64,000 nt of DNA from a virus (lineage: Duplodnaviria > Caudoviricetes), in the IMG/VR virus record IMGVR_UViG_3300037478_000621, positions 2,403 to 66,402 of that record; one strand, written 5' to 3'. The notes beneath the pieces are model-generated. The model ran no database searches, was not told the origin of the DNA, and saw only the letters and a list, made by a program, of their open reading frames with translations. Within the stretch, counting starts at the first letter, position 1. Each line of letters begins with the position of its first letter. A program made the position numbers and the translations under genes. Of this stretch, positions 1 through 9,911 are shown piece by piece.

Positions 1-593
1 AGGTCGTAGATGACGTCCCAGACGCTCTTTCCAGGCTGCACGGAGCGCCGGCCGCCTCGTCGAAGTGCAGCGCCAGCGATGGGCGGCGTCTCGTCGGACT
101 CGAACACCACGCGCAAGACCTGTTTGCCGCCGGCGGTGACCCGGTCGTTGACGATCTTCTGCACGGCCTGGTCGAGCGGGATGCCGTAGGGGACCTTGTC
201 CTTCGGATTCCACTCGGGATCGAGCATCAGCGCGGTGTAGTCGCGGCCGTTGCAGTTGAAGGTTTGCCCGTCGCGGAGGTCGAGCTCGGCGTCGTCGGCA
301 AGGCCGACGATCATCTCGTGCTCCGGGGTTGCCCAGCGGCGCTGGTCGTCGAGATTGTCGGCGCCGTACATGTAAATCCGCACGGCCATCGAGCGGATGA
401 TGTCGGGGTCGAACGGCAGGAGGCGCGCGTCGAAACTGAGTGACCACGTGTCCGCCTCGTTGTAGCCATTCAGCTCGACCGAAGCGCTCTTGGGAATCAC
501 GGTGATGGCGAGTGACTTGGAGTCTTCGCCCCCGCGGCCATCGAAGATGACCGACAACAGCGCCCGGCACCTCGGCTGATAGAGCGTCTTCAC
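1..593 (-). CDS. Baseplate hub / late-control-D-like tail protein (runs off the window start)
   Basis: GTG at 593 overlaps the stop of the next gene (GTGA). Manual translation MKTLYQPRCRALLSVIFDGRGG...SASVELNGYNEADTWSLSFD... is open to base 1. Position after the tape-measure and LysM genes is typical of hub proteins. Confidence 0.55.
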   Translation of the reverse strand, partial: MKTLYQPRCRALLSVIFDGRGGEDSKSLAITVIPKSASVELNGYNEADTWSLSFDARLLPFDPDIIRSMAVRIYMYGADNLDDQRRWATPEHEMIVGLADDAELDLRDGQTFNCNGRDYTALMLDPEWNPKDKVPYGIPLDQAVQKIVNDRVTAGGKQVLRVVFESDETPPIAGAALRRGGRRSVQPGKSVWDVIYD

Positions 594-1648
594 GCCGTGA
601 GCTCCGGGATGAGCAGTTCCTCGGTGCCGTCGAAGACCATCTCAGCCAGGCCATTGGCCTCGAAGATGGCGCGCCACTCGCCGGGAGTGCCGTAGTACTG
701 CTGCGAGACCTGGTAGACGTTCTCGCCCTTGGAGGGCCGGTGCAGCGCCACCGGCTTGGCCGCGGCGCGGCGGCGGAGCTCCTGCTCGTCGGCCCAGCTG
801 CTCACCACGGCGGCCCGGGTGATGGAGGCCACGCCGCGACCCCAGTCCTCGAAGGCCAGCGCGTCCACGACGTTGTCGACGATGAGGTTGGTGTCGCTGC
901 GCAGGGCGACCAGCTCGAGCGCCAGGTTGTGCGCGGCGCGGCGGAAGTCCACCAGGATAGCGGCCTGGCGGAGGAGCGCCTGGCTCGCGTTGACGTTGCT
1001 CTTGAGCTGCTCGCCAAAGGCGGTGACCTGGTCGCCCAAGGCGTTGAGCTCGGTCGCCACGCTCGACAGGAGCGATGGGTCGTCTACGTTGAGAGCCGGG
1101 GCGGTTGCCTGCTTGACCGCGGCCGCAGCCAGCTGGGCCCGGAGGTCTTCGAGGACGGCGTCCGAGGACTTCGAGGCCCTCGAGGCCTGCTGGATGAGCC
1201 CAGCTGCGATGCTCTCGTCGCCGACGCGGTAGTGCGGGGAGCACGTGACCTGGTAGCCCAACTTGTCCCGCCGGCGGTAGGTGATCGTGAGGTTGGTGAG
1301 GATGCCGACAATCGAGAGGCTCTCGAAGTCAATGCGGCTCAGGCTGCCGCGCGCCACGAGCTTGTCGAACTCGCGCCAGGTCGCCTCGGCGAAGCCGGAT
1401 CCAGCCCACTTGTCATCCCAGGTGCCGCGAATCTGGAACGGCTTGAGAGTGCTGCTGAGCACCTGCTCGACGGGGACGCGCGTGCCCGGGTGGACTTCGC
1501 GAACGGTCGCCGTCTCGCGCTCGAGCTCGAAGACCTCGGGCATCGAGTGCGTCTTGGCGTTCCACTCGAAGCGTACCGGGCTATCGATGAGCACGCCGGC
1601 GCCGGTCCGGCGTAGCTCCGTGATCGCGAAGGTCCCGCCGCCGGCCAC
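590..1648 (-). CDS. Tail-tube initiator-type protein with C-terminal LysM-like domain
   Basis: 352 aa directly after the tape measure; C-terminus HRPSKGENVYQVSQQYYGTPGEWRAIFEANGL...LLIP has the LysM/tail-X pattern. Confidence 0.65.
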   Translation of the reverse strand: MAGGGTFAITELRRTGAGVLIDSPVRFEWNAKTHSMPEVFELERETATVREVHPGTRVPVEQVLSSTLKPFQIRGTWDDKWAGSGFAEATWREFDKLVARGSLSRIDFESLSIVGILTNLTITYRRRDKLGYQVTCSPHYRVGDESIAAGLIQQASRASKSSDAVLEDLRAQLAAAAVKQATAPALNVDDPSLLSSVATELNALGDQVTAFGEQLKSNVNASQALLRQAAILVDFRRAAHNLALELVALRSDTNLIVDNVVDALAFEDWGRGVASITRAAVVSSWADEQELRRRAAAKPVALHRPSKGENVYQVSQQYYGTPGEWRAIFEANGLAEMVFDGTEELLIPELTA

Positions 1649-3300
1649 TAGAAGCCTCCCCGGAGTGCGGACGCGGCCTGGCTCGGCGACCGATGGAGCC
1701 GCTCCATGGCCTCGGTGAAGTCGTGGGCGAAGCGGTCGGGGTCATTCGAGGCGATCTCGATATGGATGGTCGCCTTGAGGTCGGGCGGCTTGGCGATGTG
1801 GCGGTCGCTCTCCTCCGAGCGCGGGCCGAATGGCCCCATGACTTGCTGGAGCGTCGCCATCCCCATCGCCTGCGCCCAGTTGCCACCAAGGGGGGCGAGC
1901 TTCTGGTACCACTTGAGCGAGAGCTTCTCCATCTCGAGGATGCCGCGGTTATCGTTCCGAGCCTGGAGAGCCAGGTTCGCGGCGACGAACGCCTTCGCCC
2001 CGGCAAAGAGGCTGTGCTCGTTGTGGACCTTCTGGCCGAGGTGAGACCTGGCATCAGGAAAGAACTTATTGATGCTGCCGACCTTATTCAGATTCTTGTC
2101 GGCGAGGCCTTGGTTTCGAAGCTCCGAGAGCATCGTCATCGCCGCGCCGAGTCCACCGCCGAGGACGCCGGTCGAGAGCCGGTCGAGCGATCGCCGGTTG
2201 ACGCCCTTGTTGATCTCCTTGTCCTGGTCGGAGTCGAACTTGGCGGCGACGAACTTGGCGGCGACGTAGGTGACGCCGGCTACGTTGCCCAGGAGGCGCG
2301 CCGGGCCGCCGGCGGTGCCGCCGAATGAACCCATGACACCGCTGATGGCCTTGACGCCCTTGAACGCCAGGAGCGCCTTGGCCATCGTCATCAGCAGGTC
2401 TTTGTGACCACCGATCCAGGACGCCACCCCCTTCACGGCGTTGAAGCCGGTCACCAGGGCGTTGCTGAAGCTCTTGGCCCACCGCTCGATCTTCTGCGGG
2501 TGCTTGTCGATCCAGTCGTTCCATCGCTTCACCTCGGCGGTGAGCTTCTTCATGAGCGGTAGGCCGACCTTGCCCAGCGCCATCTGGATGTTGTCCTCGA
2601 GGGTCGAGGTCACCCCGGCGAAGCTCTGCTCCTGAGCCTTCGCCATGGCCTGGATGGGCTTGGAAGTGAGCGCCTTCATCAAGACCTTGGCGCGCTTGTC
2701 GGCCGAGAGCTTGTTGAACTTGTCTGTGCTGAACCCCATCGGCTCGAGGAGCGCCCGGGCGAAGCGGTCACGCTTGGCCAGGTTGCCCATGAGGGCCGCC
2801 TCGATGTCACGCGCCGCGAACTCCGCCTGCATCCCGAAGGAACGGGCGGCGACCACAGCGCCCACGGTCATGTCTTCGAGCCCCTTCATCCCGACGCCGG
2901 CGGCCGTGACGGGCCGGACGATCAGCGAGGCCATGTCCACCATGTCTTTGGTGGTCCCGACCGAGGCCTTGGCGCGCAGCTGGAGCTTGCCGACCAGGTC
3001 GTTGGCCTCGCGAAGGTTCTCGTTGAACGTTCCGCCGCGGTTCAGCTGCATGAGCCCGGCCATCTGGATCCGGGCCTGTTCCATGCCGCTGTTGAAATCG
3101 ACGAGGTGCTTCTTTCCGGCGCGGAACAAGAGACCGCCGCCGATGAGGGCGCCGACGCGCATCAAGGTGCTGCGCAGGCCCCTGGCCTTGCGGTCGGCTC
3201 GGTCGGCCGCACCACCGATCGCATCGACACCCCGCTTGGCGTTCCCCTTCACGCCATAGCGGATGTCGATGTCGTAGACGGTGGTGAGGTTGGCGGCCAT
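1648..3300 (-). CDS. Tail tape measure protein
   Basis: 550 aa, Ala/Gly/Lys-rich and helical; 'QSFAGVTSTLEDN' tape-measure-like segment; follows tube and chaperone genes. Confidence 0.85.
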   Translation of the reverse strand: MAANLTTVYDIDIRYGVKGNAKRGVDAIGGAADRADRKARGLRSTLMRVGALIGGGLLFRAGKKHLVDFNSGMEQARIQMAGLMQLNRGGTFNENLREANDLVGKLQLRAKASVGTTKDMVDMASLIVRPVTAAGVGMKGLEDMTVGAVVAARSFGMQAEFAARDIEAALMGNLAKRDRFARALLEPMGFSTDKFNKLSADKRAKVLMKALTSKPIQAMAKAQEQSFAGVTSTLEDNIQMALGKVGLPLMKKLTAEVKRWNDWIDKHPQKIERWAKSFSNALVTGFNAVKGVASWIGGHKDLLMTMAKALLAFKGVKAISGVMGSFGGTAGGPARLLGNVAGVTYVAAKFVAAKFDSDQDKEINKGVNRRSLDRLSTGVLGGGLGAAMTMLSELRNQGLADKNLNKVGSINKFFPDARSHLGQKVHNEHSLFAGAKAFVAANLALQARNDNRGILEMEKLSLKWYQKLAPLGGNWAQAMGMATLQQVMGPFGPRSEESDRHIAKPPDLKATIHIEIASNDPDRFAHDFTEAMERLHRSPSQAASALRGGF

Positions 3301-3504
3301 TTACTTCTGGGCGTCGTTGTGGCGCTCGATCATCTCCTCGGTTTTCTCGATGAGCAGCTCACGCTGCCGTCGAGTCAAACCGAACCACTCGCTCAGCGAG
3401 ACCCCTCCTTTGAGGTGCCAGGAGAGCCAGGCGAATTCGCGGTAGAGGCTTCGCTCGAGCTCGGCGCCGGCCCCGCGTCGCCGAACGCCTCCTTGAGAAA
3501 ATCC
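3301..3504 (-). CDS. Tail assembly chaperone frameshift extension (GT-like, -1 frame)
   Basis: The -1 frame relative to 3393..3803 is open from just after an in-frame TGA near 3511 to TAA at 3301 (…ELERSLYREFAWLSWHLKGGVSLSEWFGLTRRQRELLIEKTEEMIERHNDAQK*). It has no own start codon and abuts the tape-measure ATG. Confidence 0.7.
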   Translation of the reverse strand, partial: GFSQGGVRRRGAGAELERSLYREFAWLSWHLKGGVSLSEWFGLTRRQRELLIEKTEEMIERHNDAQK

Positions 3505-3803
3505 GCGAGGTCACCGGCCTTGGCGTTGCAGAGCCGGCGGAAGGCGGCCCGGACGAAGTCCCGGGTGACTGAGTCCCAGCCGCGAAAGCCCTGGTAGGGC
3601 CGCTGGACTGGCTTGTCATCGACCTCCACGATCGCCTCGCAGATCATCTGCTCCTCGAGGACGATGCCGGGCGCGTCCTCGGCCCGCTCGGCCGCGGCGA
3701 GTTCGTCGTCGCCGATGATCCGCCGCAGCTTGAAACTGTCGACGGCGAGGTCCTGACCGTACCTATCGCGGAGGCTGCCCTCCGGCGGAAAACGTTTCTC
3801 CAT
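3393..3803 (-). CDS. Tail assembly chaperone (G-like)
   Basis: 136 aa between tail tube and tape measure, with an overlapping -1 frame ORF. Confidence 0.75.
   Translation of the reverse strand: MEKRFPPEGSLRDRYGQDLAVDSFKLRRIIGDDELAAAERAEDAPGIVLEEQMICEAIVEVDDKPVQRPYQGFRGWDSVTRDFVRAAFRRLCNAKAGDLADFLKEAFGDAGPAPSSSEASTANSPGSPGTSKEGSR
3498..3504 (-). other. Putative -1 ribosomal frameshift heptamer G GAT TTT
   Basis: Minus-strand GGATTTT is correctly phased in the chaperone ORF and lies just inside the open -1 frame. Confidence 0.55.
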
Positions 3804-3827
3804 CCCTGTGTCCTTTCATGGGCCGTC

Positions 3828-4265
3828 TTAGATGCCGTCGGCCCGCTGGCAGAAGCCCGACCACTCGGCCGGGATGTATTCGCCCGCGTCGCTCCAGCTG
3901 CCGCCCTTGTCGAGCTTCAGGATGCAGTCGCCGTGAAGGGTCACGGTTTTCAGCGGCGCGCCGCGGTATCGGTAGGTGACGGCGAGCGAAACCGCGGGCA
4001 GCTCTTCGCCGTTCTCCTCGGCCTGCTCGATCTGCTTCCACAGATCGAACCAGTCGTGGCGCTCGACGTGGGTCTTGAACGAGTACTCGTAGCCGCGCAT
4101 GTCGAGGTCGCCCGACTCGCGCGGCTCGCCAGCAAACTGGGTCCGCACGATCTCGGCCGCCGGCGTGATGTCGAGCTCGGTGACCTTGGTGAAGCTGCCG
4201 CCCAGGCGACGGCCGTTGACCATCACCTGTAGGCGGGCTTCTTTTGCTCGGATTCTGCGGGCCAT
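3828..4265 (-). CDS. Tail tube protein
   Basis: 145 aa, beta-rich, immediately downstream of the sheath gene. Confidence 0.75.
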   Translation of the reverse strand: MARRIRAKEARLQVMVNGRRLGGSFTKVTELDITPAAEIVRTQFAGEPRESGDLDMRGYEYSFKTHVERHDWFDLWKQIEQAEENGEELPAVSLAVTYRYRGAPLKTVTLHGDCILKLDKGGSWSDAGEYIPAEWSGFCQRADGI

Positions 4266-4274
4266 GGGTGCCTC

Positions 4275-5750
4275 CTACTGCTCGGTGACGTTGACGGTGG
4301 TGCCGATTTCACTGACGAGGACCACGAACAGCATCTTGGGGATCGTCTTGATCCGGTAGAGCGTGGCTTCCTTGCCGGCGTCCCGGGTGGCCTGGGTGTT
4401 GAGGGACTCGGTGTCGATCTGGTACTGCGGCACGTTGCTGTCGTTCTTTGCGACGTAGCGTTCCTGGCGGGCCAGGCCGTCGAGGAAGGCACCGACCGAG
4501 GACTTGTTGGCGATGCGCCGGCTCGGGGTGTTGGGCTCCTTGACGCTCGTCTCGAGGAACAGCGCAATCGAGGCGATGAGGAAGTCGTTGACGCGCCGCT
4601 GGTCCACTTCGTAGGCGGGGTCCAGCGTCACGGCGTCAACGAAGCTGAAGCCGCGGTCGCGCTCCAGTCCGCAGATGCGCGCGTCGCGGAGGTCGTCGTA
4701 GTCCTCGGGCGCAAGGCTCTCGAAGGTAAGTTCGGCGATGCCGGTGAGGAACTGCTTGTTGTCGGCGACGCCAGGATGCACGTCGGCGTCGGTCTGGCTG
4801 AGGATGGAGGCCATCCACGACGTGGGCTCGACGGTGATGAGGGTCGCCGTCTGGGGGTCCAGGGTCTTCGGGTGATTGAAGCAGTAGACCAGCCGCTTGT
4901 TCGGCGTCATTCCGGTGGACTCGGTGACCGCGTCGGACTTCGTCTCGGTCTCGTCGTCCGGGCAGATGAGCCACAGCGCCTTGGGGTCGGCCGCCGACTT
5001 GGTCTCGACGGCGCTCTTGACGGCGGTCGTGCTCTGGCCGGCCACGAACTTGATGCCGGCGTCCTTGGTGGCCGCCAGGATGTCGAGCGGCCCGGCGGCC
5101 GCCGTGAAGTCCGTGTCATCGAGAGTCCCGTCCGCACCGGTGGTGAGCGCCACGTCGGCGACGTTCTCCGGGCGCCCGTCGGCCAGCTTGATGAGCGTGA
5201 CGAGCCTGCCATCGTCGTCGCCGACCACTGCCGCGAGGTTGTCGTCGTCCTCCCCGTTGACGTTGAGGTTGCGGTAGCGGTCGGTGCGATTCCGCCACTT
5301 GACGACCAGGTCGAAGTGGTCCTCATCGCCATCGGTCGCGTCCACAACCGAGACGGTCACACCGTCGCCCCAGGTACCGACGCTCGAGGCGTCCACCTGG
5401 ACGATATCGACGGGGTCGCCGTCTTCGAGGTTGACGGTGGATGCCGCAGCGGCCGAGGCCGCGGCGCGCACCGCGTAGAACTTGCCGAAGCGCTTGTTGA
5501 GCAGCGCCTTCCAGAGCTCCGAGGCGATGGGCCCGCCCTCGAGGATGTCCCGGCCGCCGAAGACCTCGACGAACCGGCCCGGCGAGGTGATCTCGACGCG
5601 GCGGTTGACCGGACCGCGGACGGCCGTCCCGGCCATGGCGACGACGTTGTTTTGGACGCCCTCGACGATGGCGGGCGCCGCGCGCTCCTGGATGTAGAGA
5701 CCGGCGGCGCCAATCTGGGCATCGGACGTGATGAATCGCGGCTCGGGCAT
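4275..5750 (-). CDS. Contractile tail sheath protein
   Basis: 491 aa; N-terminal 'GLYIQE...IVEGVQNNVVAMAGTAVRGPVN' and C-terminal 'RRVNDFL' sheath-type motifs. Confidence 0.9.
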   Translation of the reverse strand: MPEPRFITSDAQIGAAGLYIQERAAPAIVEGVQNNVVAMAGTAVRGPVNRRVEITSPGRFVEVFGGRDILEGGPIASELWKALLNKRFGKFYAVRAAASAAAASTVNLEDGDPVDIVQVDASSVGTWGDGVTVSVVDATDGDEDHFDLVVKWRNRTDRYRNLNVNGEDDDNLAAVVGDDDGRLVTLIKLADGRPENVADVALTTGADGTLDDTDFTAAAGPLDILAATKDAGIKFVAGQSTTAVKSAVETKSAADPKALWLICPDDETETKSDAVTESTGMTPNKRLVYCFNHPKTLDPQTATLITVEPTSWMASILSQTDADVHPGVADNKQFLTGIAELTFESLAPEDYDDLRDARICGLERDRGFSFVDAVTLDPAYEVDQRRVNDFLIASIALFLETSVKEPNTPSRRIANKSSVGAFLDGLARQERYVAKNDSNVPQYQIDTESLNTQATRDAGKEATLYRIKTIPKMLFVVLVSEIGTTVNVTEQ

Positions 5751-5751
5751 C

Positions 5752-6447
5752 TCAGACCTCCGTCAAGTCTCCGGTTTCGTCCACCTCGTACTCCTCGAGG
5801 TCGGAGAGCAGCGCGCGGACCTCGTCGGGGTCCGCGGCGCCGCTGATGTCGATGGCAACGTCGTTGGTGATGGCCATCTGCATCGAGGTGATGAGCGGGG
5901 CCTGCGAGCGCCAGACGAGGATCGGCAGCTCGACCTCGACGCTCAGGCTGGCCCAGCGCTTGACGCTGAACACCATCTCCTCGGTCCACTCCTCCTCGAG
6001 GAGGCTGAAGGTGAGGATGACGTCATAGCCGGTGGCAACGCCGGCGATGGTCACGTCGGACACGGTGACCTGAACGGTCCCGGGCGCGTTCTCGTCCTCG
6101 AAGAACAGGGCGAGGATGGCGTCCTCGACGGCCTCGCGGTCCACCGGATAACGGGCACCGATCCAGACCTGCATCTTGCCCGCGAGCTCGCCGACATCGA
6201 CCAGGGCGCTGGTGCCGTTCACGACCGCGTCGCCGGCGCTGTCCTTCACGGCGGCCTGGTTCCACGGGATGAACTTGAAACCACCAGGCAGCACCCCGAC
6301 CTCCGGGTAGTCGGGCTCCTGGTCGGGCATCTGCTGGAGTACGTTGACGCGGCCGTCCAGCGAGGCCTCGCCGCTGCCGAGAAACGCCGTGAGCGCTTCG
6401 ACGCGAGACGCCAAGGCCTTCGCCGCCAGGTACTTGAACCGGCTCAT
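5752..6447 (-). CDS. Tail/sheath terminator-like neck protein
   Basis: Likely start ATG 6447 (MSRFKYLAAKAL…) overlaps the upstream stop; position just before the sheath. Confidence 0.55.
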   Translation of the reverse strand: MSRFKYLAAKALASRVEALTAFLGSGEASLDGRVNVLQQMPDQEPDYPEVGVLPGGFKFIPWNQAAVKDSAGDAVVNGTSALVDVGELAGKMQVWIGARYPVDREAVEDAILALFFEDENAPGTVQVTVSDVTIAGVATGYDVILTFSLLEEEWTEEMVFSVKRWASLSVEVELPILVWRSQAPLITSMQMAITNDVAIDISGAADPDEVRALLSDLEEYEVDETGDLTEV

Positions 6448-6947
6448 CGGCGTCCCCGTGGCGGGCTGTTGGAGAGCTGCCGAAGGAGTCGGATGATCTC
6501 GGCCGCCGCCATTTTGGAGAGCGCCGGGATATTTCGGCGAACGATCCAGGTTGGCTTCTGGCCGTGCCGGCGCAGCTTCCAGGCGATGGCAGCTGCGATG
6601 CCCTCGGCCTCCTCGAGGGTCACGCCGAGCTTGCGCCGGGCCCACGCCGTGAGCGCTGCGATGCCCTCGGCGTTGACCGGGTGCGGTCGCGCGCCGCCCT
6701 CGATGATGCCGGCGTGAGGCGCGCTGTTGCGCAGGACCGTGCTGCCGTCGGGGAGCGTGTTCACACTCCAGCTGTTCTTGAACTGGCCGCGGTCCACCTT
6801 GTCACGGTTGTTGATCTCCGTGACCAGGTGCGGCCACCCACGCATGGCTCCGCGGTGCGCCCCGAGCTTCATGCACGTGTCCACCGCGGCACCGTGCATG
6901 CGCAGAGCGCTGCCCAGCTGGCTGGGATCGATGCGGACCCGGGCCAT
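6444..6947 (-). CDS. Neck/tail-completion protein (HK97 gp10-like)
   Basis: 167 aa with 'VDRGQFKNSW…NSAPHAGIIEGG' pattern typical of gp10-like proteins. Confidence 0.6.
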   Translation of the reverse strand: MARVRIDPSQLGSALRMHGAAVDTCMKLGAHRGAMRGWPHLVTEINNRDKVDRGQFKNSWSVNTLPDGSTVLRNSAPHAGIIEGGARPHPVNAEGIAALTAWARRKLGVTLEEAEGIAAAIAWKLRRHGQKPTWIVRRNIPALSKMAAAEIIRLLRQLSNSPPRGRR

Positions 6948-7447
6948 CAGTCCTCGGCCTCAGGAACCGGCGACACGTTCTCGATGCGGCGCAGGTCCAC
7001 CATCCAACCAAAGCCCTTGGTCCAGTCGGGGACCGGCGGCGCCTTGGCGACGTAGAAGCGCTGGCGGATGCCGGTCTCGTGGGCGTCGCGGATTACGTAG
7101 AAGTGCTCTTCGTTCTCGGCGAGCTTCGGACTCGGGTGATAGAGGGTCGTCTCGGGGATCGAAAAGCTCACCCCCACGAGCGCCACGTCACCCTCCTCCT
7201 CGGCGCCCGCCGGCCGCAACACGCCCCGGACGCGGCCCATCGAGGTGGGCGCATCGGAGCTGCGCTCGACGATGGCAGGCGCCGGGTTGAGCGCGATCTC
7301 GATGTCGGTCGGAGTCCCCTCGCCGACCCGATCTCCGCTCCACGTGCGGCGGATGACCGCCACCGTGTAGGGCCGATGGCCGACAACGTCCACAGCCACG
7401 CTGCGGGCGCTGTCCACCACCGGGATCAGGTCGTCGAGGAGACCCAT
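6947..7447 (-). CDS. Head-closure / stopper-like protein
   Basis: 166 aa, beta-rich, at the head-tail junction position. Confidence 0.45.
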   Translation of the reverse strand: MGLLDDLIPVVDSARSVAVDVVGHRPYTVAVIRRTWSGDRVGEGTPTDIEIALNPAPAIVERSSDAPTSMGRVRGVLRPAGAEEEGDVALVGVSFSIPETTLYHPSPKLAENEEHFYVIRDAHETGIRQRFYVAKAPPVPDWTKGFGWMVDLRRIENVSPVPEAED

Positions 7448-7472
7448 GGGCTACGACGCCGAAGCGCCCCTC

Positions 7473-7784
7473 TCAGGCGATGCCCGGGCCGCTGCCGGCG
7501 GCGCGGCCGTTGACCGAGCCGCCGGTGTGGGCGGTGACGTTCAGCCGCATCTGCTGGGCGCGCATGCCCAGCGGGCCCGACTTCGAGGCGGTGATGCCGT
7601 CGAAGTCCGGATGCGCGACCCAAGTGGTGCCGCCGTCGAAGCTGAGCTCGACGGATGCGGTCGCCGTGTCGGTGATCTCGACGAGAACGCCGACGTCATC
7701 GACGTTGCTGATATCGACGGGATCTCCTTCGAGGACTTCCTCGATGTCGCCGAGATCGAAGGTGACGAGCTTTCTGAGCGCCAT
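7473..7784 (-). CDS. Small beta-sandwich virion-associated protein (hypothetical)
   Basis: 103 aa with good RBS (GAGGAAAG); 'VELSFDGGTTWV…MRLNVTAHTGGSV'. Confidence 0.55.
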   Translation of the reverse strand: MALRKLVTFDLGDIEEVLEGDPVDISNVDDVGVLVEITDTATASVELSFDGGTTWVAHPDFDGITASKSGPLGMRAQQMRLNVTAHTGGSVNGRAAGSGPGIA

Positions 7785-7846
7785 GGGTCTTTCCTCTCGT
7801 TGGGTTCAAATGCCGCCCCAGCACAGGGACCAGGGCGGCAAAGCTT

Positions 7847-8242
7847 CTAGCCCTGGGGCAGGTAGTTGCCCCCGGTCTGGCCGTCGGCCGAGGCGAAGGC
7901 GCTCGCGCCACCGCCGCCCCAGGCATCGCTGCGGATGGGGACGCCGAGCAGGTTGGAGATCTGAGCGCTGTAGGTGCGCCCGAGCTCGCGGAGGGTGGCT
8001 AGGGTGCGCGCGCCATCGAGGCGGACCTCGCCGACGCCCTGGGTCTTGGCGAGGTTCGCGATGTTCGCGGTGATCTGCGCCATGACCTCGTCGCAGTCGC
8101 CGACCAGGCCGACGACGATGGCTTCGTCGGCCGCTTCGCTCTCGAGGGTGTCCATCGCTCCTTCGAGCCGGTCGTCGGTCTGCCGCCAGCGCCCGGACCA
8201 TCCGAGATAGCGGCGGACGCTGGCGCGCTCCGCGTCGGTCAC
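7847..8242 (-). CDS. Head-tail adaptor-like protein
   Basis: 131-aa helical protein ('AERASVRRYLGW') downstream of the capsid gene. Confidence 0.5.
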   Translation of the reverse strand: MTDAERASVRRYLGWSGRWRQTDDRLEGAMDTLESEAADEAIVVGLVGDCDEVMAQITANIANLAKTQGVGEVRLDGARTLATLRELGRTYSAQISNLLGVPIRSDAWGGGGASAFASADGQTGGNYLPQG

Positions 8243-8670
8243 CCCGCGGCCTCGAGGGCTTCGACCAGCTGGCGCTTGGTCATGCCCGCCGGGTCGATAT
8301 CGCGCTCGACAGCGAGGTCAACGAGCTCGGACTTGCGCAGGTTGATCAGGTCGTCGGGCGACGGGATGTCGGTGAGCGGCTCTTCGGGCTCCTCGATTTC
8401 GACCTTCCTGCCGGCCTTCTCGAGGTAGGCCTGCGCCCGCGGATCGGTGATCGGCAGAACGCGACCCTTGGTCTTCCGCTCGATGAAGCTGGGCCGCGTG
8501 TCGCCCTGCGGGTCGCCGATGCGGGTGAGGTACCCGATGCCCAGGGCGACCTTGGCGCCCGGGGGCAACTCGTAGTCGATGGGCTCGGAATCGCCCACGG
8601 TCCCGATCTCCCAGCGGGCGACCTCGCGAGAGACGTTGATCGCGTAGCCCTTGGTTCGTTTCTTCGCCAT
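8239..8670 (-). CDS. Hypothetical protein with C-terminal HeH/Rho-N-like helical motif
   Basis: C-terminus LINLRKSELVDLAVERDIDPAGMTKRQLVEAL; common position right after the major capsid gene. Confidence 0.6.
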   Translation of the reverse strand: MAKKRTKGYAINVSREVARWEIGTVGDSEPIDYELPPGAKVALGIGYLTRIGDPQGDTRPSFIERKTKGRVLPITDPRAQAYLEKAGRKVEIEEPEEPLTDIPSPDDLINLRKSELVDLAVERDIDPAGMTKRQLVEALEAAG

Positions 8671-8701
8671 GCTTTCCCCTGTGAGTGGTTGGCGGCATCC
8701 C

Positions 8702-9745
8702 TTACGGGATGAGGTCGGTGAGGCGGCCGTGCGCGTTGCAGCGATCCGAGGTGAGTTGGGTGTGGACGATCATCTGGAACGGGGTCATGTCGCCGGCGCG
8801 GCCGAGCTCGATGACGCGAGCCATGAGGCCCGGGCGGTCCGGGATGGTTCCGGCCTGCTCCTGCGGCGTCCCGGCGATCGGGATCGAGGCGATGGCCCGT
8901 CCCTTCAGGACCTCGGGATCCGGCAGCTGCTCGAGGACGAGGTGATCGTCATCGACGAACACCATCTCCTTGGCGGTGCAGTCCTTGTCCTTGAAGATCG
9001 GAATGCCGTTGATCTCGAGCGCGCGCCAGCCACCGTCGAGCTTGATGGTCTCGCCGCGGATAGTGACCTCCTGGAGGTAGCGCTTCTCGGGCGCGACCAG
9101 GCGGGCGTAGGCGCTCCAGAGGGTCGGCGTGGTGAGGATGTAGTGCGGCTGGCGGCCGCTGGCCACGTACATGGCCTCGAGGTGATCCTCGATGACGCCG
9201 ACGGTGAGGTTGCGATCAACGGCGCCGTTATCGCTCACCGTCGCGGCCCACTGGACGTGACTCGAGCGATCGATCCCGGCGTAGGACCCCGAGTCGGACA
9301 TCGGGCCGGTCCCGGAGCTCACGCCGTGAAGCTGCTGCGGGCTGGTCCCGCCGGTGCCGCTGTAGAGCGCCTTGTTGAGCTTGCTCGCGGTGCGTCCGCC
9401 GGCGTCGATGAGCTTCTTGATGTAGAGCCGAGCCAGCTCAGTCGGCTCGCCAGCGGCGATCGACTCGGCCAGGCCGGTGATGCGGAAGGCATCGCCGTAG
9501 ATGGCCCAGGCCAGGATCGCCATCAGCTCGGTGTCGTTGTTCCAGGTCGAGACGGCCTCGCCGTCGTCGAAGTTCTGGCCGTCGGCGGTGCCGACGCTGA
9601 CATCGAACGCGCAGTTCTTGCCCGAGCCGAACTGCTTGTTGATCAGGTTGAGGAAGACGGTCGCGCGGTTCGGCTGGCGAACCAGCTTCCGGCGAACTCG
9701 CTGCTCGAGGGCATCAGACAGGGCGGCAACATCGGAATCGGCCAC
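8702..9745 (-). CDS. Major capsid protein (HK97 fold)
   Basis: 347 aa after the scaffold; '[12 protein letters not shown]', '[18 protein letters not shown]' capsid-type motifs; strong RBS AGGAG. Confidence 0.88.
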   Translation of the reverse strand: MADSDVAALSDALEQRVRRKLVRQPNRATVFLNLINKQFGSGKNCAFDVSVGTADGQNFDDGEAVSTWNNDTELMAILAWAIYGDAFRITGLAESIAAGEPTELARLYIKKLIDAGGRTASKLNKALYSGTGGTSPQQLHGVSSGTGPMSDSGSYAGIDRSSHVQWAATVSDNGAVDRNLTVGVIEDHLEAMYVASGRQPHYILTTPTLWSAYARLVAPEKRYLQEVTIRGETIKLDGGWRALEINGIPIFKDKDCTAKEMVFVDDDHLVLEQLPDPEVLKGRAIASIPIAGTPQEQAGTIPDRPGLMARVIELGRAGDMTPFQMIVHTQLTSDRCNAHGRLTDLIP

Positions 9746-9894
9746 GGCTTGCTCCTGGGCTAGGGGTCCGTGTCCTTCTCGCCGGACTCGCGTGCCGCAC
9801 GGTTTCCCGTGGGTGTGCCCTTGTCGCCGTGGCTCGCGTGCCGAAGCGTTGCCGCTCGGTGTCTCTACCTTGGGTGATCTATTTGGCGTTCGCC

Positions 9895-9911
9895 AGAGAA
9901 CACCAGTTCAC
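9895..9911. promoter_or_regulatory. 17-bp box copy 1 (AGAGAACACCAGTTCAC; GAAC-N4-GTTC core)
   Basis: Matches the copies at 13792 and 58480 (15 of 17 positions invariant); upstream of the capsid gene. Confidence 0.75.

Noticed and set aside
7816-7843. GCCGCCC/GGGCGGC hairpin as an intrinsic terminator
   Set aside because: Only a short ATTTG tail on the coding strand; too weak to call.
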